Below are positions 8,647-18,330 of a DNA stretch of 64,000 nt, one piece after another. The notes under the pieces were generated by a model. That model did no database searches. It had not been told where the DNA came from and worked only from the letters and a program-made list of their open reading frames with translations. The stretch lies in the NCBI GenBank assembly GCA_029255105.1, contig JAQWWH010000065.1, positions 3,670 to 67,669 of the forward strand. The letters are read 5' to 3'. The translations under genes were made by a program, and so were the position numbers. Origin of the DNA: Flavimaricola sp. GTDB taxonomy: Bacteria; Pseudomonadota; Alphaproteobacteria; Rhodobacterales; Rhodobacteraceae. How positions within the stretch are numbered: position 1 is the stretch's first letter; every line of letters begins with the position of its first letter.

Positions 8647-10055
8647 CCCTCAAGCCGCTGGCCGGACAAGGCCCGGCCCTGATAGGCGCCGACGCCCTTG
8701 TCCTGCATCAGCGTCCCGTCCGCGACAAGGGTCTTGCCCCGCAGGATCGTGCGGACCGGCCAGCCGGTCACCTCGATCCCTTCGTAGGGGGTGTAATCCG
8801 CGCCGTGGTGCAGGATCTCCTGGCGCAGGGTCTCTTGCCGCGTGGGATCCCACAGGGTGATATCGGCATCGGAGCCCACGGCAATCGTGCCCTTCTTGGG
8901 GTAAAGGCCATACATCTTGGCATGGTTGGTCGAGGACAGGGCGACAAAGCGTTGCAGGTCTATGCGGCCCTTGGACACTCCTTCCGAAAACAGGATCGGC
9001 AGGCTCGTCTCGACCCCCGGGATGCCGTTGGGCACCCATTTGAAGCTTTTGAGCCCGTCAGGATGCTTCTTGCCTTCGCTGTCATCGTAGCGAAACGGGC
9101 AATGGTCCGAGGAATAGACGTCAAATACCCCCTGCTCGATCCCTGCCCAGCAGGCGACCTGGCTGGCGGTGTCGCGGGGCGGTGGAGAGCAGACGAATCT
9201 CGCCCCGTCAAAGCCGTCCGTGTCCAGATCGTCGGCGGTCAGAACCAGATACTGGGGGCAGGTTTCGGAAAACACCTTGCTGCCCCGGGCGCGGCCTGCC
9301 TTGATCTCGTCGATCGCATCGCCGTTCGAGACGTGGACGATCATGATCGGCACATCGATGATCTCGGCCAGCGCGATGGCGCGGTGGGTCGCCTCACGCT
9401 CGGCCGGGATGGGCCGGGTGGTGGCGTGATACTTGGGCGCAGTCTCGCCCCGGTCGGCGGCGACATCGCGCAGGTAGGAAATGGCGTCGTCGTTTTCGGC
9501 ATGCACCATGGCCAGCGCCCCGCTGCTTTTGGCGGCGGCAAGCGTTTGCAGGATTTCCTTGTCGGTCAGCTTCATCCCCTCGTAGGTCATGAACACCTTG
9601 ACCGAGGTGTAGCCATCCGCGACCAGCGCAGGCAGGTCCTGATTGAGCGCCTGCGGCGTCGGATCAGTGATGATCAGGTGAAAGCTGACGTCGGTATAGC
9701 AATTCCCCTCGGCCAGGCCGTGATACCATGACACGGCGTCGCGCAGGCTTTGCCCCCGGGTTTGCAGGCAAAACGGCAAGAGCGTCGTGTGCCCGCCAAA
9801 GGCCGCCGAACGGGTGGCGCTTTCAAAATCGTCAGCCATGGTGATCCCATCGCCCGAGGGCTGGGCGATATGGACGTGGCTGTCGATCCCGCCGGGCATC
9901 ACCAGAAGACCGGTCGCGTCGATGACCTCGGCCGCGTCGGTCAGGTCTGCCGCAATGATGGTGATCCGCCCGTCCTTGATGCCCACGTCGGCCTTGTAGG
10001 TGTCCGCAGCGGTGACGACGGTGCCGCCTTTGATGATGGTGTCGAGCATGGTCAA
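8643..10055 (-). CDS. D-hydantoinase / dihydropyrimidinase (cyclic amidohydrolase)
   Basis: 470 aa. Starts MTMLDTIIKGGTVVTAADTYKADVGIKDGRI. Metal site GGIDSHVHI. Carboxylated-Lys context TSVKVFMTYEG. Confidence 0.9.
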   Translation of the reverse strand: MTMLDTIIKGGTVVTAADTYKADVGIKDGRITIIAADLTDAAEVIDATGLLVMPGGIDSHVHIAQPSGDGITMADDFESATRSAAFGGHTTLLPFCLQTRGQSLRDAVSWYHGLAEGNCYTDVSFHLIITDPTPQALNQDLPALVADGYTSVKVFMTYEGMKLTDKEILQTLAAAKSSGALAMVHAENDDAISYLRDVAADRGETAPKYHATTRPIPAEREATHRAIALAEIIDVPIMIVHVSNGDAIDEIKAGRARGSKVFSETCPQYLVLTADDLDTDGFDGARFVCSPPPRDTASQVACWAGIEQGVFDVYSSDHCPFRYDDSEGKKHPDGLKSFKWVPNGIPGVETSLPILFSEGVSKGRIDLQRFVALSSTNHAKMYGLYPKKGTIAVGSDADITLWDPTRQETLRQEILHHGADYTPYEGIEVTGWPVRTILRGKTLVADGTLMQDKGVGAYQGRALSGQRLEG

Positions 10056-11275
10056 GCCGCCTCCAGCGCGGCGATAAGGCGGTCGATTTCGTCGATTGTG
10101 TTGTAGTGGACAGCGGACACCCGGATCACCCCGTCCGGGTTATCCAGCCCAAGGTCGTCGACCAACCCGCGGGAATAGAAGTCGCCATAACGGATGCCAA
10201 GACCGGTAGGGTCTACGGCCTCGACCACCTCGCGCGAGCTGCGGCCGTGAATGGCGAAAGAGATCGTCGGCACCCGGCGCGCCTTGTCAGCCACCTCGGC
10301 CCCGACAATCGTCAAGTCGGGCCGACCGCGCAGATAGGACAAAAGCCTGCCCGACAACGCCTCTTCATGGTCCGCGATCAGGCCAAACGCCGCCTCTACC
10401 GCGGCCCGCCCTTCGGAGTTGATGCCGTGGGCCTGCGCAAAGGCCTCAAGGTAGTCGATCACGCCAAGGCAGGAATAGGCCAGTTCGTAGCTGGCATTCC
10501 CCGGCTCCATCTTTTGCGGAACTTTGGCGCGGGTAAAGAAGCGGTGGTTGATGTTGCCCGCCGCCAAAAGCGCGTCATAGCGCCCGTAAAGGGCGGCGAA
10601 ATGGGGGCCATAGGTCTTGTAGACCGAAAAGGCATAGAAATCGCAGTCCAGCGCCTGAACATCAATGGCGCGGTGGGGGGCAAAGGCCACCCCGTCTACA
10701 CAGATCAGGGCGCCGGCCTTGTGCACAAGATCGGCCATCTCGCGGACCGGGTTGATCGTGCCGTAAATGTTGGAGGCATGGGTGACCGCCAAAAGCTTGG
10801 TCTTGTCTGACAACAGGGCCGCCAGATCATCAAGGTTGGGCACATGTTCGCCCGGCCGCATCTTCCATTCGCGGATCACGATCCCTTTGCCCGCCAGTTT
10901 GGTCCAGGGGCCGATATTGGCCTCGTGATCGAAATTGGTGACGATCACCTCGTCCCCCGGCCCCCAGTCCTGCGAAAGGGCCTGCGCCAGCTGACCCAAA
11001 AGCTGGGTGGTGGTCGCCCCCATCACCACTTCCTCCGGACGGCTGGCGTTGAACAGCGTCGCCAAGGCCGAGCGGCCTGCATGGACCATCTCGCCCGCCT
11101 TGACCGAGGCGGGGTAGCTGGCCCCCAACTGGACGTTGGCCGTGAACAGATATTCGGTCAGACGATCCGCCACCTGACGGGCAACCTGCGATCCGCCTGC
11201 ATTGTCGAGGAACACTTGAGAGCCACCAAGTGCAGGAAAGGACCTGCGCAGGAAATCCAAATTCAATTGAGACAA
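10052..11275 (-). CDS. class-V aminotransferase-fold PLP enzyme (cysteine desulfurase-like family)
   Basis: 407 aa. FLDNAGGSQV near the N-terminus and HASNIYGTINP, with an SVYKTYGP lysine region. It overlaps the hydantoinase start by 4 nt, so the two form an operon. Confidence 0.75.
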   Translation of the reverse strand: MSQLNLDFLRRSFPALGGSQVFLDNAGGSQVARQVADRLTEYLFTANVQLGASYPASVKAGEMVHAGRSALATLFNASRPEEVVMGATTTQLLGQLAQALSQDWGPGDEVIVTNFDHEANIGPWTKLAGKGIVIREWKMRPGEHVPNLDDLAALLSDKTKLLAVTHASNIYGTINPVREMADLVHKAGALICVDGVAFAPHRAIDVQALDCDFYAFSVYKTYGPHFAALYGRYDALLAAGNINHRFFTRAKVPQKMEPGNASYELAYSCLGVIDYLEAFAQAHGINSEGRAAVEAAFGLIADHEEALSGRLLSYLRGRPDLTIVGAEVADKARRVPTISFAIHGRSSREVVEAVDPTGLGIRYGDFYSRGLVDDLGLDNPDGVIRVSAVHYNTIDEIDRLIAALEAA

Positions 11276-11553
11276 AGGGTATTCTCCATTGTGGCCACTG
11301 TTGGCCTGATCCGACCCTAGACAGCACCACGGGCCGACCCAATGGGCGACGGTCCGACAGCCCCGGAACTCTGCAAATTTGATTCAAGAGGGGTCAATTT
11401 TTGGGCAAATGCCTAGGCAAAAGCAAAAACAAGGCGCGAAATCGATTTCCAAACCCGGGAATGCCCTCTCAAACCTTTGGATAATGAGCACCCATGCCGA
11501 GGTTGTTGTGTCTGCGGGCCAAAAGAGCCGGCACTAACCACAGGGGTAATTTA

Positions 11554-12576
11554 ATGAGACTAAATACTCTAGCGATTGCAGCAACCGTGGCCGTCGGTAC
11601 CGCCGCGCCGGTGTTTGCACAAGAAACGCTGGCCGCCGTGCAAGAACGGGGCATGTTGAACTGCCAGGTGGGTCTGCCCACCCCCGGCTTTTATGCGCTT
11701 GCCGATGACGGCACATGGTCCGGTATGGACGTCGATCTGTGCCGTGGCGTGTCAGCTGCCATCTTTGGCGACCCGGACATGGTGGAATACCAGTCGGTGA
11801 CCTCGGCGGTCCGCTTTACCGCGCTGGCCAACTCGGAAAGCGACATGCTGTCCCGCACCACCACCTGGACTGCCGTGCGCGACACCCAACTTGGCCTCGA
11901 TTTCACGACAGTGAACTTTTACGACGGTCAGGGCTTTCTTGTCCCGGCCGACAGCGGCATCACCTCGGCGCTTGAACTGGACGGGGCGACCATCTGCGTT
12001 CTGACCGGCACCACGACCGAGCTGAACCTGGCCGACTACTTCCGCGCCAATGGCATGAGCTTTACGCCTGTCACCAACGAGAACGTCAACGTTCTGGTTG
12101 AAACCTACCTTGGCGGCGGCTGCGATGCCTATACCAACGACAAGTCCGGTCTGGCCGCTCGCCGGTCCGCCTTCCCGGATCCGACGGCACACGCGCTGCT
12201 GCCCGAAACCGTCTCGAAAGAGCCGCTGGGCCCGGTGGTCCGGCAGGGCGATGACGCCTGGGCGAACCTCGTACGCTGGGTCGTCTTTGGCATCATCAAC
12301 GCCGAAGAACTGGGTATCACCTCTGAGAACGTCGAAGAGATGATGACCTCTGCCGATCCCAACATCGCCCGTCTTCTGGGGTCCGAAGGCAACATCGGCG
12401 AAGGCCTTGGCCTGAGCCCGACCTTCATGGTCGATGTGATCAAGTCGGTCGGCAACTACGGCGAGATCTACGAAGCACACGTCGGCGCCGACACGCCCAT
12501 CGGCATCCCGCGTGAGGGCACATTGAACGCCCTGTGGACCCAAGGTGGGATCATCTACGCACCGCCCTTCCGGTAA
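11554..12576 (+). CDS. aapJ: general L-amino-acid ABC transporter, periplasmic binding protein
   Basis: Signal peptide MRLNTLAIAATVAVGTAAPVFAQ. Polar-amino-acid SBP body. Followed by two large permeases and an ATPase in the AapJQMP order. Confidence 0.8.
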   Translation: MRLNTLAIAATVAVGTAAPVFAQETLAAVQERGMLNCQVGLPTPGFYALADDGTWSGMDVDLCRGVSAAIFGDPDMVEYQSVTSAVRFTALANSESDMLSRTTTWTAVRDTQLGLDFTTVNFYDGQGFLVPADSGITSALELDGATICVLTGTTTELNLADYFRANGMSFTPVTNENVNVLVETYLGGGCDAYTNDKSGLAARRSAFPDPTAHALLPETVSKEPLGPVVRQGDDAWANLVRWVVFGIINAEELGITSENVEEMMTSADPNIARLLGSEGNIGEGLGLSPTFMVDVIKSVGNYGEIYEAHVGADTPIGIPREGTLNALWTQGGIIYAPPFR

Positions 12577-12585
12577 GTAGACCGC

Positions 12586-12630
12586 GAGCGCCGCCCTTTA
12601 TCCTCCCTTAAAAGGGCGGCGCTCTTTCCT
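12586..12630 (+). terminator. intercistronic stem-loop (partial terminator/attenuator) after aapJ
   Basis: 14-bp perfect stem GAGCGCCGCCCTTT (12586-12599) / AAAGGGCGGCGCTC (12611-12624), followed by TTTCC. Confidence 0.55.
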
Positions 12631-12657
12631 GATCTTCCCCGAAAGGCCAACTGTCCC

Positions 12658-13857
12658 ATGGCAATAACCGAGACCGCTCGCAATTCGGATGCGCGCAGCC
12701 GATTCAGCCGCGCGCTTTATGACGCCCGCATCCGGGCGATTGTGCTTCAGGTGCTGACCTTTGTTCTGGTTGTGGGGACCTTGATCTGGTTGACCAACAA
12801 CACGATGGTCAATCTTCAGGCCCGCAACATGTCTGCGGATTTCGGGTTTCTTGACGTGTCGGCCGGCTTTGGCATCGGCTTTACACTGATCCCCTATCAG
12901 GAAGGCGACACCTATCTTCGGGTCTTCTTTGTCGGGATCATGAATACGCTTCTGGTTGCCGTTGTCGCAATCTTTTTTGCCACCATCCTTGGCCTGATTG
13001 TCGGCCTTGCCCGACTGTCCAATAACTGGATTATTGGCGTTGTCGCACGGTCGTATATCGAGGTGATGCGCAACACCCCCCTATTGCTGCAAATCATCGC
13101 CTGGTATTTCGGGGTCTTCAACCTTTTGCCGCGCCCAAGGGACAGCGTCGAAATCCTGAATGGCCTCGTCCTGAACAACCGCGGCTTTTACCTGCCAGCC
13201 CCAGTCCCCGAGACCGGCTTTGCCATCCTTATGTGGGTGCTTCTGGCTTCTGTGATTGGCGCCATCGCACTGCATATCTGGGCCAGCCGCCGTTTGGAAA
13301 AGACCGGCAAAGCCTTTCCCTCGATCCTGAGCGGCATTGCTATCGTCATAGGCGTGCCCACGATTGGCTATGCCTTCCTGGGACAGCCGCTCAGCTGGGA
13401 TATGCCGGTCCTGCAGGGGTTCAACTACGTCGGCGGGATGAGCGTTCCACCCAGCTTCTGCGCCCTGATCGTGGCCCTCTCGGTCTACACCTCGTGCTTT
13501 ATCGCCGAGATTGTCCGTTCTGGCATCCAGTCGGTGTCCAAGGGTCAGCTTGAGGCGGCAGGCGCATTGAACCTGCCCGCCAACTGGACCCTGCGCAGCG
13601 TTGTCCTGCCGCAGGCGATGCGGGTCATCATACCGCCGCTGATCAGCCAGTACCTGAACGTCACCAAGAATTCGTCGCTCGCCATCGCCATTGGGTTCCC
13701 CGATCTGGTCAGCGTCTGGATGAACACTTCTTTGAACCAGTCGGGCCGCGCCATTCCCATCGTGGCGATGACCATGGGGTTCTACTGCGCCGTCAGCCTG
13801 TCGGTGTCCGCGATCATGAACGTCTACAACAAACGCGTTCAGCTGAAGGAGCGATAG
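12658..13857 (+). CDS. aapQ: amino-acid ABC transporter permease
   Basis: 399-aa polytopic membrane protein at the position and size of AapQ. EAA-like loop SKGQLEAAGALNL. Confidence 0.8.
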   Translation: MAITETARNSDARSRFSRALYDARIRAIVLQVLTFVLVVGTLIWLTNNTMVNLQARNMSADFGFLDVSAGFGIGFTLIPYQEGDTYLRVFFVGIMNTLLVAVVAIFFATILGLIVGLARLSNNWIIGVVARSYIEVMRNTPLLLQIIAWYFGVFNLLPRPRDSVEILNGLVLNNRGFYLPAPVPETGFAILMWVLLASVIGAIALHIWASRRLEKTGKAFPSILSGIAIVIGVPTIGYAFLGQPLSWDMPVLQGFNYVGGMSVPPSFCALIVALSVYTSCFIAEIVRSGIQSVSKGQLEAAGALNLPANWTLRSVVLPQAMRVIIPPLISQYLNVTKNSSLAIAIGFPDLVSVWMNTSLNQSGRAIPIVAMTMGFYCAVSLSVSAIMNVYNKRVQLKER

Positions 13858-13858
13858 G

Positions 13859-15196
13859 GTGCCCAACGATCTGCAAGTCTTTGTTCCCGCCCCCGACCGC
13901 CCTGCCCCGCTGGATAGCACCGGGGTCGTCGGCTGGATCCGCAAGAACCTGTTTCGGGACATCCCCAACACGCTGATGACCATCCTGGGGGCCTACATCC
14001 TGTTTGTCGTCGTCGGCGCGGTCCTGAACTGGGCGATCTTCAACGCGGTCTGGAGCGCGAACAGCCGCCGCGAATGCCTGGATGCTGTGGGCCGGTCCGG
14101 CGCCTGCTGGCCGGGCGTCTTTGTCTGGTTCGAGAACCTGATTTACGGGCTCTACCCCAAGGATCAGGTCTGGCGCATCAATGTCGGCGTCCTGGCGCTG
14201 GTCCTGTGGATGGTGCCCCTGTGGATGCCCCGCGTTATGTCCAAGGTCGCAATCGGCCTGAGCGCCGTCGCCCTTTACCCTTTGCTGGCAAGCTACTTTT
14301 TTCTGGGGGGCGACAAGGGGATCATCTGGACCGCCCTTATCGCTGCCGGTCTGACCGGCCTGATCTGGGTCTGGGCCACCGCGTTAAGTGAGACGTTCAA
14401 GGGCAAGACCATTGGCGTCCTTGTGGTCGACAGCCTTGGGCAGGCCGACGCGGACGAGGCGCGGCAACGCCTGACCCGGCGGATGGCAACACTGGCGGTG
14501 TTCATCATTGCCTGCCTCATCATCTCATCCCTGTCGTTTGTTGAGGTGCGGACACGCTTTTGGGGCGGGCTGTTCCTGACGCTGGTCATTTCGGGCATCG
14601 GCATCACTTTTTCCCTGCCTGCCGGGATCATGCTGGCGCTGGGGCGGCGGTCGAACCTGCCGGTGATCGCGATGTTCTCGACACTGTTCATCGAGCTGTT
14701 CCGCTCAGTCCCGTTGATCACCATCCTGTTCATGTTCAACACGATGCTGCCCCTGTTCATGCCCGCCGGGACAGAGGTGAACCAGCTTTTGCGCGCCATT
14801 GTCGCGGTTTGCCTGTTTGCCGCCGCCTATATGGCGGAAATCATCCGCGGGGGGCTTCAGGCGATCCCCAAGGGCCAGTACGAGGCCGCAGATGCATTGG
14901 GTCTGACCTATTGGCAGACGACATCGCAGGTCGTTCTGCCGCAGGCCCTCAAGATCATGATCCCGGCGATCGTCGGCAACTTTATCGGCCTGTTCAAGGA
15001 CACGACCCTTGTGTCGATCATCGGCCTGTTTGACCTGATGAACATGGCCCGCGCCATCGGGGAAGACACCGACTGGCTGGGTCTTTTCATTGAGCCCTTC
15101 TTCGTGGTGTCGCTGATCTACTTCGTCTTCTGCTTTGCCATGTCGTCCTATTCGATAGGGCTGGAAAAGAAACTTGCCGCAGGACGGGACCGCTGA
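13859..15196 (+). CDS. aapM: amino-acid ABC transporter permease
   Basis: 445-aa polytopic membrane protein. EAA loop [20 protein letters not shown] start. Confidence 0.8.
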   Translation: MPNDLQVFVPAPDRPAPLDSTGVVGWIRKNLFRDIPNTLMTILGAYILFVVVGAVLNWAIFNAVWSANSRRECLDAVGRSGACWPGVFVWFENLIYGLYPKDQVWRINVGVLALVLWMVPLWMPRVMSKVAIGLSAVALYPLLASYFFLGGDKGIIWTALIAAGLTGLIWVWATALSETFKGKTIGVLVVDSLGQADADEARQRLTRRMATLAVFIIACLIISSLSFVEVRTRFWGGLFLTLVISGIGITFSLPAGIMLALGRRSNLPVIAMFSTLFIELFRSVPLITILFMFNTMLPLFMPAGTEVNQLLRAIVAVCLFAAAYMAEIIRGGLQAIPKGQYEAADALGLTYWQTTSQVVLPQALKIMIPAIVGNFIGLFKDTTLVSIIGLFDLMNMARAIGEDTDWLGLFIEPFFVVSLIYFVFCFAMSSYSIGLEKKLAAGRDR

Positions 15197-15936
15197 TGAC
15201 CAAGCCGGGGCGCATGATCGAGATCGTCAAACTAAACAAATGGTTCGGGCAGTTCCACGTCCTCAAGGACGTCAGCCTGAGCGTGCGCGAGGGCGAGAAG
15301 TTCATCATTTGCGGCCCGTCCGGGTCGGGCAAATCCACGCTGATCCGCTGCATCAACCAGCTTGAGACGCATCAGGAGGGCAGCATTGTCGTTGACGGGG
15401 TCGAAGTTGATCCAAAGGGCAGAAACCACCGCGAAGTCCGGTCCCGGATCGGGATGGTGTTCCAGAACTTTAACCTATTTCCGCATCTTAGCGTTCTGGA
15501 CAATTGCACCCTTACCCCCCGGCTGGGCCTTGAGATGCCACGTGCCGAGGCGGAAGAGATAGCCATGACCCACCTGTCGCGGGTGGGTATTGCCGAACAG
15601 GCGCTGAAGTATCCCCTGCAATTGTCCGGTGGTCAGCAACAGCGGGTCGCCATCGCCCGGGCGCTTTGCGTCAAGCCCAAGATCATGCTGTTTGACGAAC
15701 CAACCTCCGCGCTGGACCCAGAGATGATCAAGGAGGTCCTTGATGTGATGGTCGAACTGGCCGAAGGTGGCATGACCATGATCTGTGTCACCCATGAGAT
15801 GGGCTTTGCCCGTCAGGTGGCCGACAAGGTGATCTTTATGGATCAGGGCGAAATCGTCGAGACGAACGAGCCCAACGCCTTCTTCTCAAACCCCCGCTTT
15901 GACCGAAGCGCGGATTTCCTGTCCCATATCCTCTAG
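15196..15936 (+). CDS. aapP: amino-acid ABC transporter ATP-binding protein
   Basis: Walker [10 protein letters not shown], signature [15 protein letters not shown], Walker [13 protein letters not shown]. Its ATG overlaps the aapM TGA. Confidence 0.9.
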   Translation: MTKPGRMIEIVKLNKWFGQFHVLKDVSLSVREGEKFIICGPSGSGKSTLIRCINQLETHQEGSIVVDGVEVDPKGRNHREVRSRIGMVFQNFNLFPHLSVLDNCTLTPRLGLEMPRAEAEEIAMTHLSRVGIAEQALKYPLQLSGGQQQRVAIARALCVKPKIMLFDEPTSALDPEMIKEVLDVMVELAEGGMTMICVTHEMGFARQVADKVIFMDQGEIVETNEPNAFFSNPRFDRSADFLSHIL

Positions 15937-16501
15937 CCGGTTCCTGAAGGCCCTGTTCGCGACCCGTTGCGCAAGCGGTTGCATCACCTGGCAGGCACAG
16001 CGCCCAGAGCGTAGCCATAGTGCGCCGCAAGACCCGCCCAACGCTGCCAAACAATGTCCTGTTCATCCCGATCAAGGACCGCAAGACGATGATTTTGTTC
16101 CACTCGAACGCGACTTGCGGCACAAAATCCGGCTGCCACGCCAAGGCGCGGGGCGGTTTCACGGACGACCATCCCGCTTCGATCCAAGAATTGCAGGCGG
16201 CGTGAATCTCATGCGACGCTGGACAAGTACGAGACTGGGCCCAGACTGGCTGCATGCCAGGGCGAGGACGCCACCCAATACCATCGCCGCAAAACCGCCT
16301 TGTTGTTAGGGGATCGTCCAGTGAAGAAAGGCCACCATGACCGCATCGTGGCGACTTCGAACCGATGTCATCTGATGCAAGTGCCGTCTTGGCCCGAAAG
16401 ACAAAGGGATCGGCCCCACGTCTGCGCCGAACCAATTCGAAGATAAGTCGCGCCGTGTCAGTCCTACCTGTCATGGTCACCAAACCGTTCGAGAGGTGGA
16501 T

Positions 16502-17473
16502 ATGCGCATCATTGCCGTCGATGACGACCCCTACATCATCGAGGTGCTGCCCAGAATCTGCGCCAAGCTTGGCTTTACCGACATCGACACCACGATGTCA
16601 GCGGCTCAGGCGCTTAGCATGGCCGCCGCCGCTGGTCCGCGATGCGGCTGCTTTCTGCTCGACATCAACATGCCCGAGATGGACGGCATAGAGCTTTGCC
16701 GCAAAATCCGGGCAATGCCTGCCCATCGCCGAACCCCGATCATCATGCTGTCCGGGATGGTCGAGCGCGGCTTTGTCGACCGGGCCTTCGAGGCGGGGGC
16801 CACCGACTGCGCAACCAAGCCATTCGACCTGGTCGAGCTTGGCGCGCGTCTACGCGCAGCCAAATCGCTGAACGAAGCCTGGGACACCGCGGTCTTTGCC
16901 GATCCGGTCGAAGACCCCGAGATTGACGAACGCGTTGAGTGGGCCAGCTACCGGTCGCCCCTTGAGGTCGGCGGCAACGGGCGTTTCCTCGACCCCGTGG
17001 CCGCCTGCAACTACCTGACCCAATTGTCACGAATGGGCCTTGGCGGCATTCAGGTCATTGGGGCCAAGCTGGACGGAGCCGAGGCAATCTGCGCCAAGGC
17101 GGGCCGAAGCGGTTTTCTGAATGTCCTGTCCGAGGTTGGCGATGCGCTGGACGACGCGTTTCGACGGGCCGGTTATGTGATGACCTATCTGGGCCGGGGC
17201 AATTTCGTCATCGTCTCGAAACAGGCGAGACCCATGGCGCCCAACAGGCTCGAGGCCGATGTCCAGGATATTCTGGACGAGCGGATGGCGGAACATGCCG
17301 ACGGCACCCCTTTTGATCTGGAGGTTTCGGTGGGAATACCGATCCGCCCGATCCTGGCCGAGATGGGTGACGTCAATCAGGTGTTCGAGCGGGCGGTGAC
17401 CCGTGCCGAACAACGGTTTTCTTCCAAGCAGAAGTCGACCAGCCGCTTGAACTTCTTTGCCCGCCGCTTCTGA
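16502..17473 (+). CDS. response regulator: REC domain + degenerate GGDEF-like domain
   Basis: REC domain: IIAVDDDPYI...FLLDINMPEMDG...ATKPF. The C-terminus aligns by eye to GGDEF, but the signature is replaced (YLGRGNFVIVS instead of R-GGDEF). EVSVGI and a VFERAVTRAEQ tail are present. GAGAGG RBS before the ATG at 16502. Confidence 0.7.
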   Translation: MRIIAVDDDPYIIEVLPRICAKLGFTDIDTTMSAAQALSMAAAAGPRCGCFLLDINMPEMDGIELCRKIRAMPAHRRTPIIMLSGMVERGFVDRAFEAGATDCATKPFDLVELGARLRAAKSLNEAWDTAVFADPVEDPEIDERVEWASYRSPLEVGGNGRFLDPVAACNYLTQLSRMGLGGIQVIGAKLDGAEAICAKAGRSGFLNVLSEVGDALDDAFRRAGYVMTYLGRGNFVIVSKQARPMAPNRLEADVQDILDERMAEHADGTPFDLEVSVGIPIRPILAEMGDVNQVFERAVTRAEQRFSSKQKSTSRLNFFARRF

Positions 17474-17654
17474 CGCAAGGACAGTATCGATCCGGCGGGC
17501 ACCTCAACGTCTGTGACCGCTGTATCCCTGTCGTCGCGCCACCCAACCAAGCCCGGTTTTCAACGCCCAGCGGTCGTTCCTGACGGCCTTTCTGTCCGAG
17601 ACAGTCATCGGTGAGGATGGATCTCGCAATCCCCAGGCGGCAGGTTTTCTTGCT

Positions 17655-17676
17655 AATAACTGACTGGTCAGTTATT
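17655..17676. promoter_or_regulatory. candidate TetR operator
   Basis: AATAACTGAC-TG-GTCAGTTATT has perfect 10-bp arms and ends 8 nt before the TetR ATG. Confidence 0.6.
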
Positions 17677-17684
17677 TATTGCGC

Positions 17685-18329
17685 ATGTCAAGCAGCGACT
17701 CACCCCTTCCAAAGTTCCGCCGCCGGGCCGAAGCCCGGCCTGACGAAGTTCTGGACGCGGCCCTTTCCCTCTTTATGGAACAAGGGTTTGCACGAACGAG
17801 TGTTGAGCAGGTCGCCCGACGTGCCGGCATTTCGAAAGGCGCGGTCTATCTGTATTTTGAATCGAAAGAGGCGATCCTTGTCGGCCTTGTGAACCGGGCC
17901 ATCGCGCCCCTTTCCGAAGTCCTGTTCGAGAATATCACCAGCTTCGAAGGCGACCCAAGACCTGCCTTGGCGCAAATCCTGCGCCTGATGGGGCAGGTCA
18001 TGGGGCAGCAGCGAAATCGAGCGGTGCCGCTGATTGTCCTGCACGAAGCACCCGCAGCCCCGAATATTGCCGCCCTGTTCCGCGAGGCGGTTCTTGACCG
18101 CTCAATCCCCGCCATCTCGGCCCTTTTGGCACAGGGGGTCGCGGGGGGATATATCAGGTCAGTGGACCCCGAAATGACGGCACGGACCGTTATCGGTCCG
18201 ATCCTCGCCCATATCATCCTGTTCGAGATCTTTGGGATCGCCAAGGACGACGGACTGCAAATGGACCGGCTGATCGAAAATCACATCACAATTCTGATGG
18301 CCGGGCTCGAACCGCAGAAAGAGCACTGA
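17685..18329 (+). CDS. TetR/AcrR family transcriptional regulator
   Basis: HTH SVEQVARRAGISKGAVYLYFESKEAI. First gene of the efflux operon. Confidence 0.9.
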   Translation: MSSSDSPLPKFRRRAEARPDEVLDAALSLFMEQGFARTSVEQVARRAGISKGAVYLYFESKEAILVGLVNRAIAPLSEVLFENITSFEGDPRPALAQILRLMGQVMGQQRNRAVPLIVLHEAPAAPNIAALFREAVLDRSIPAISALLAQGVAGGYIRSVDPEMTARTVIGPILAHIILFEIFGIAKDDGLQMDRLIENHITILMAGLEPQKEH

Positions 18330-18330
18330 A

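Noticed and set aside
15836-16483. 215-aa minus-strand ORF, and the 560-bp gap between aapP and the REC gene
   Set aside because: The ORF overlaps the aapP 3' end by 100 nt and has implausible composition. I could not find a convincing gene in any frame, so I treat the gap as intergenic or eroded DNA. BLASTX would be needed to call a pseudogene.
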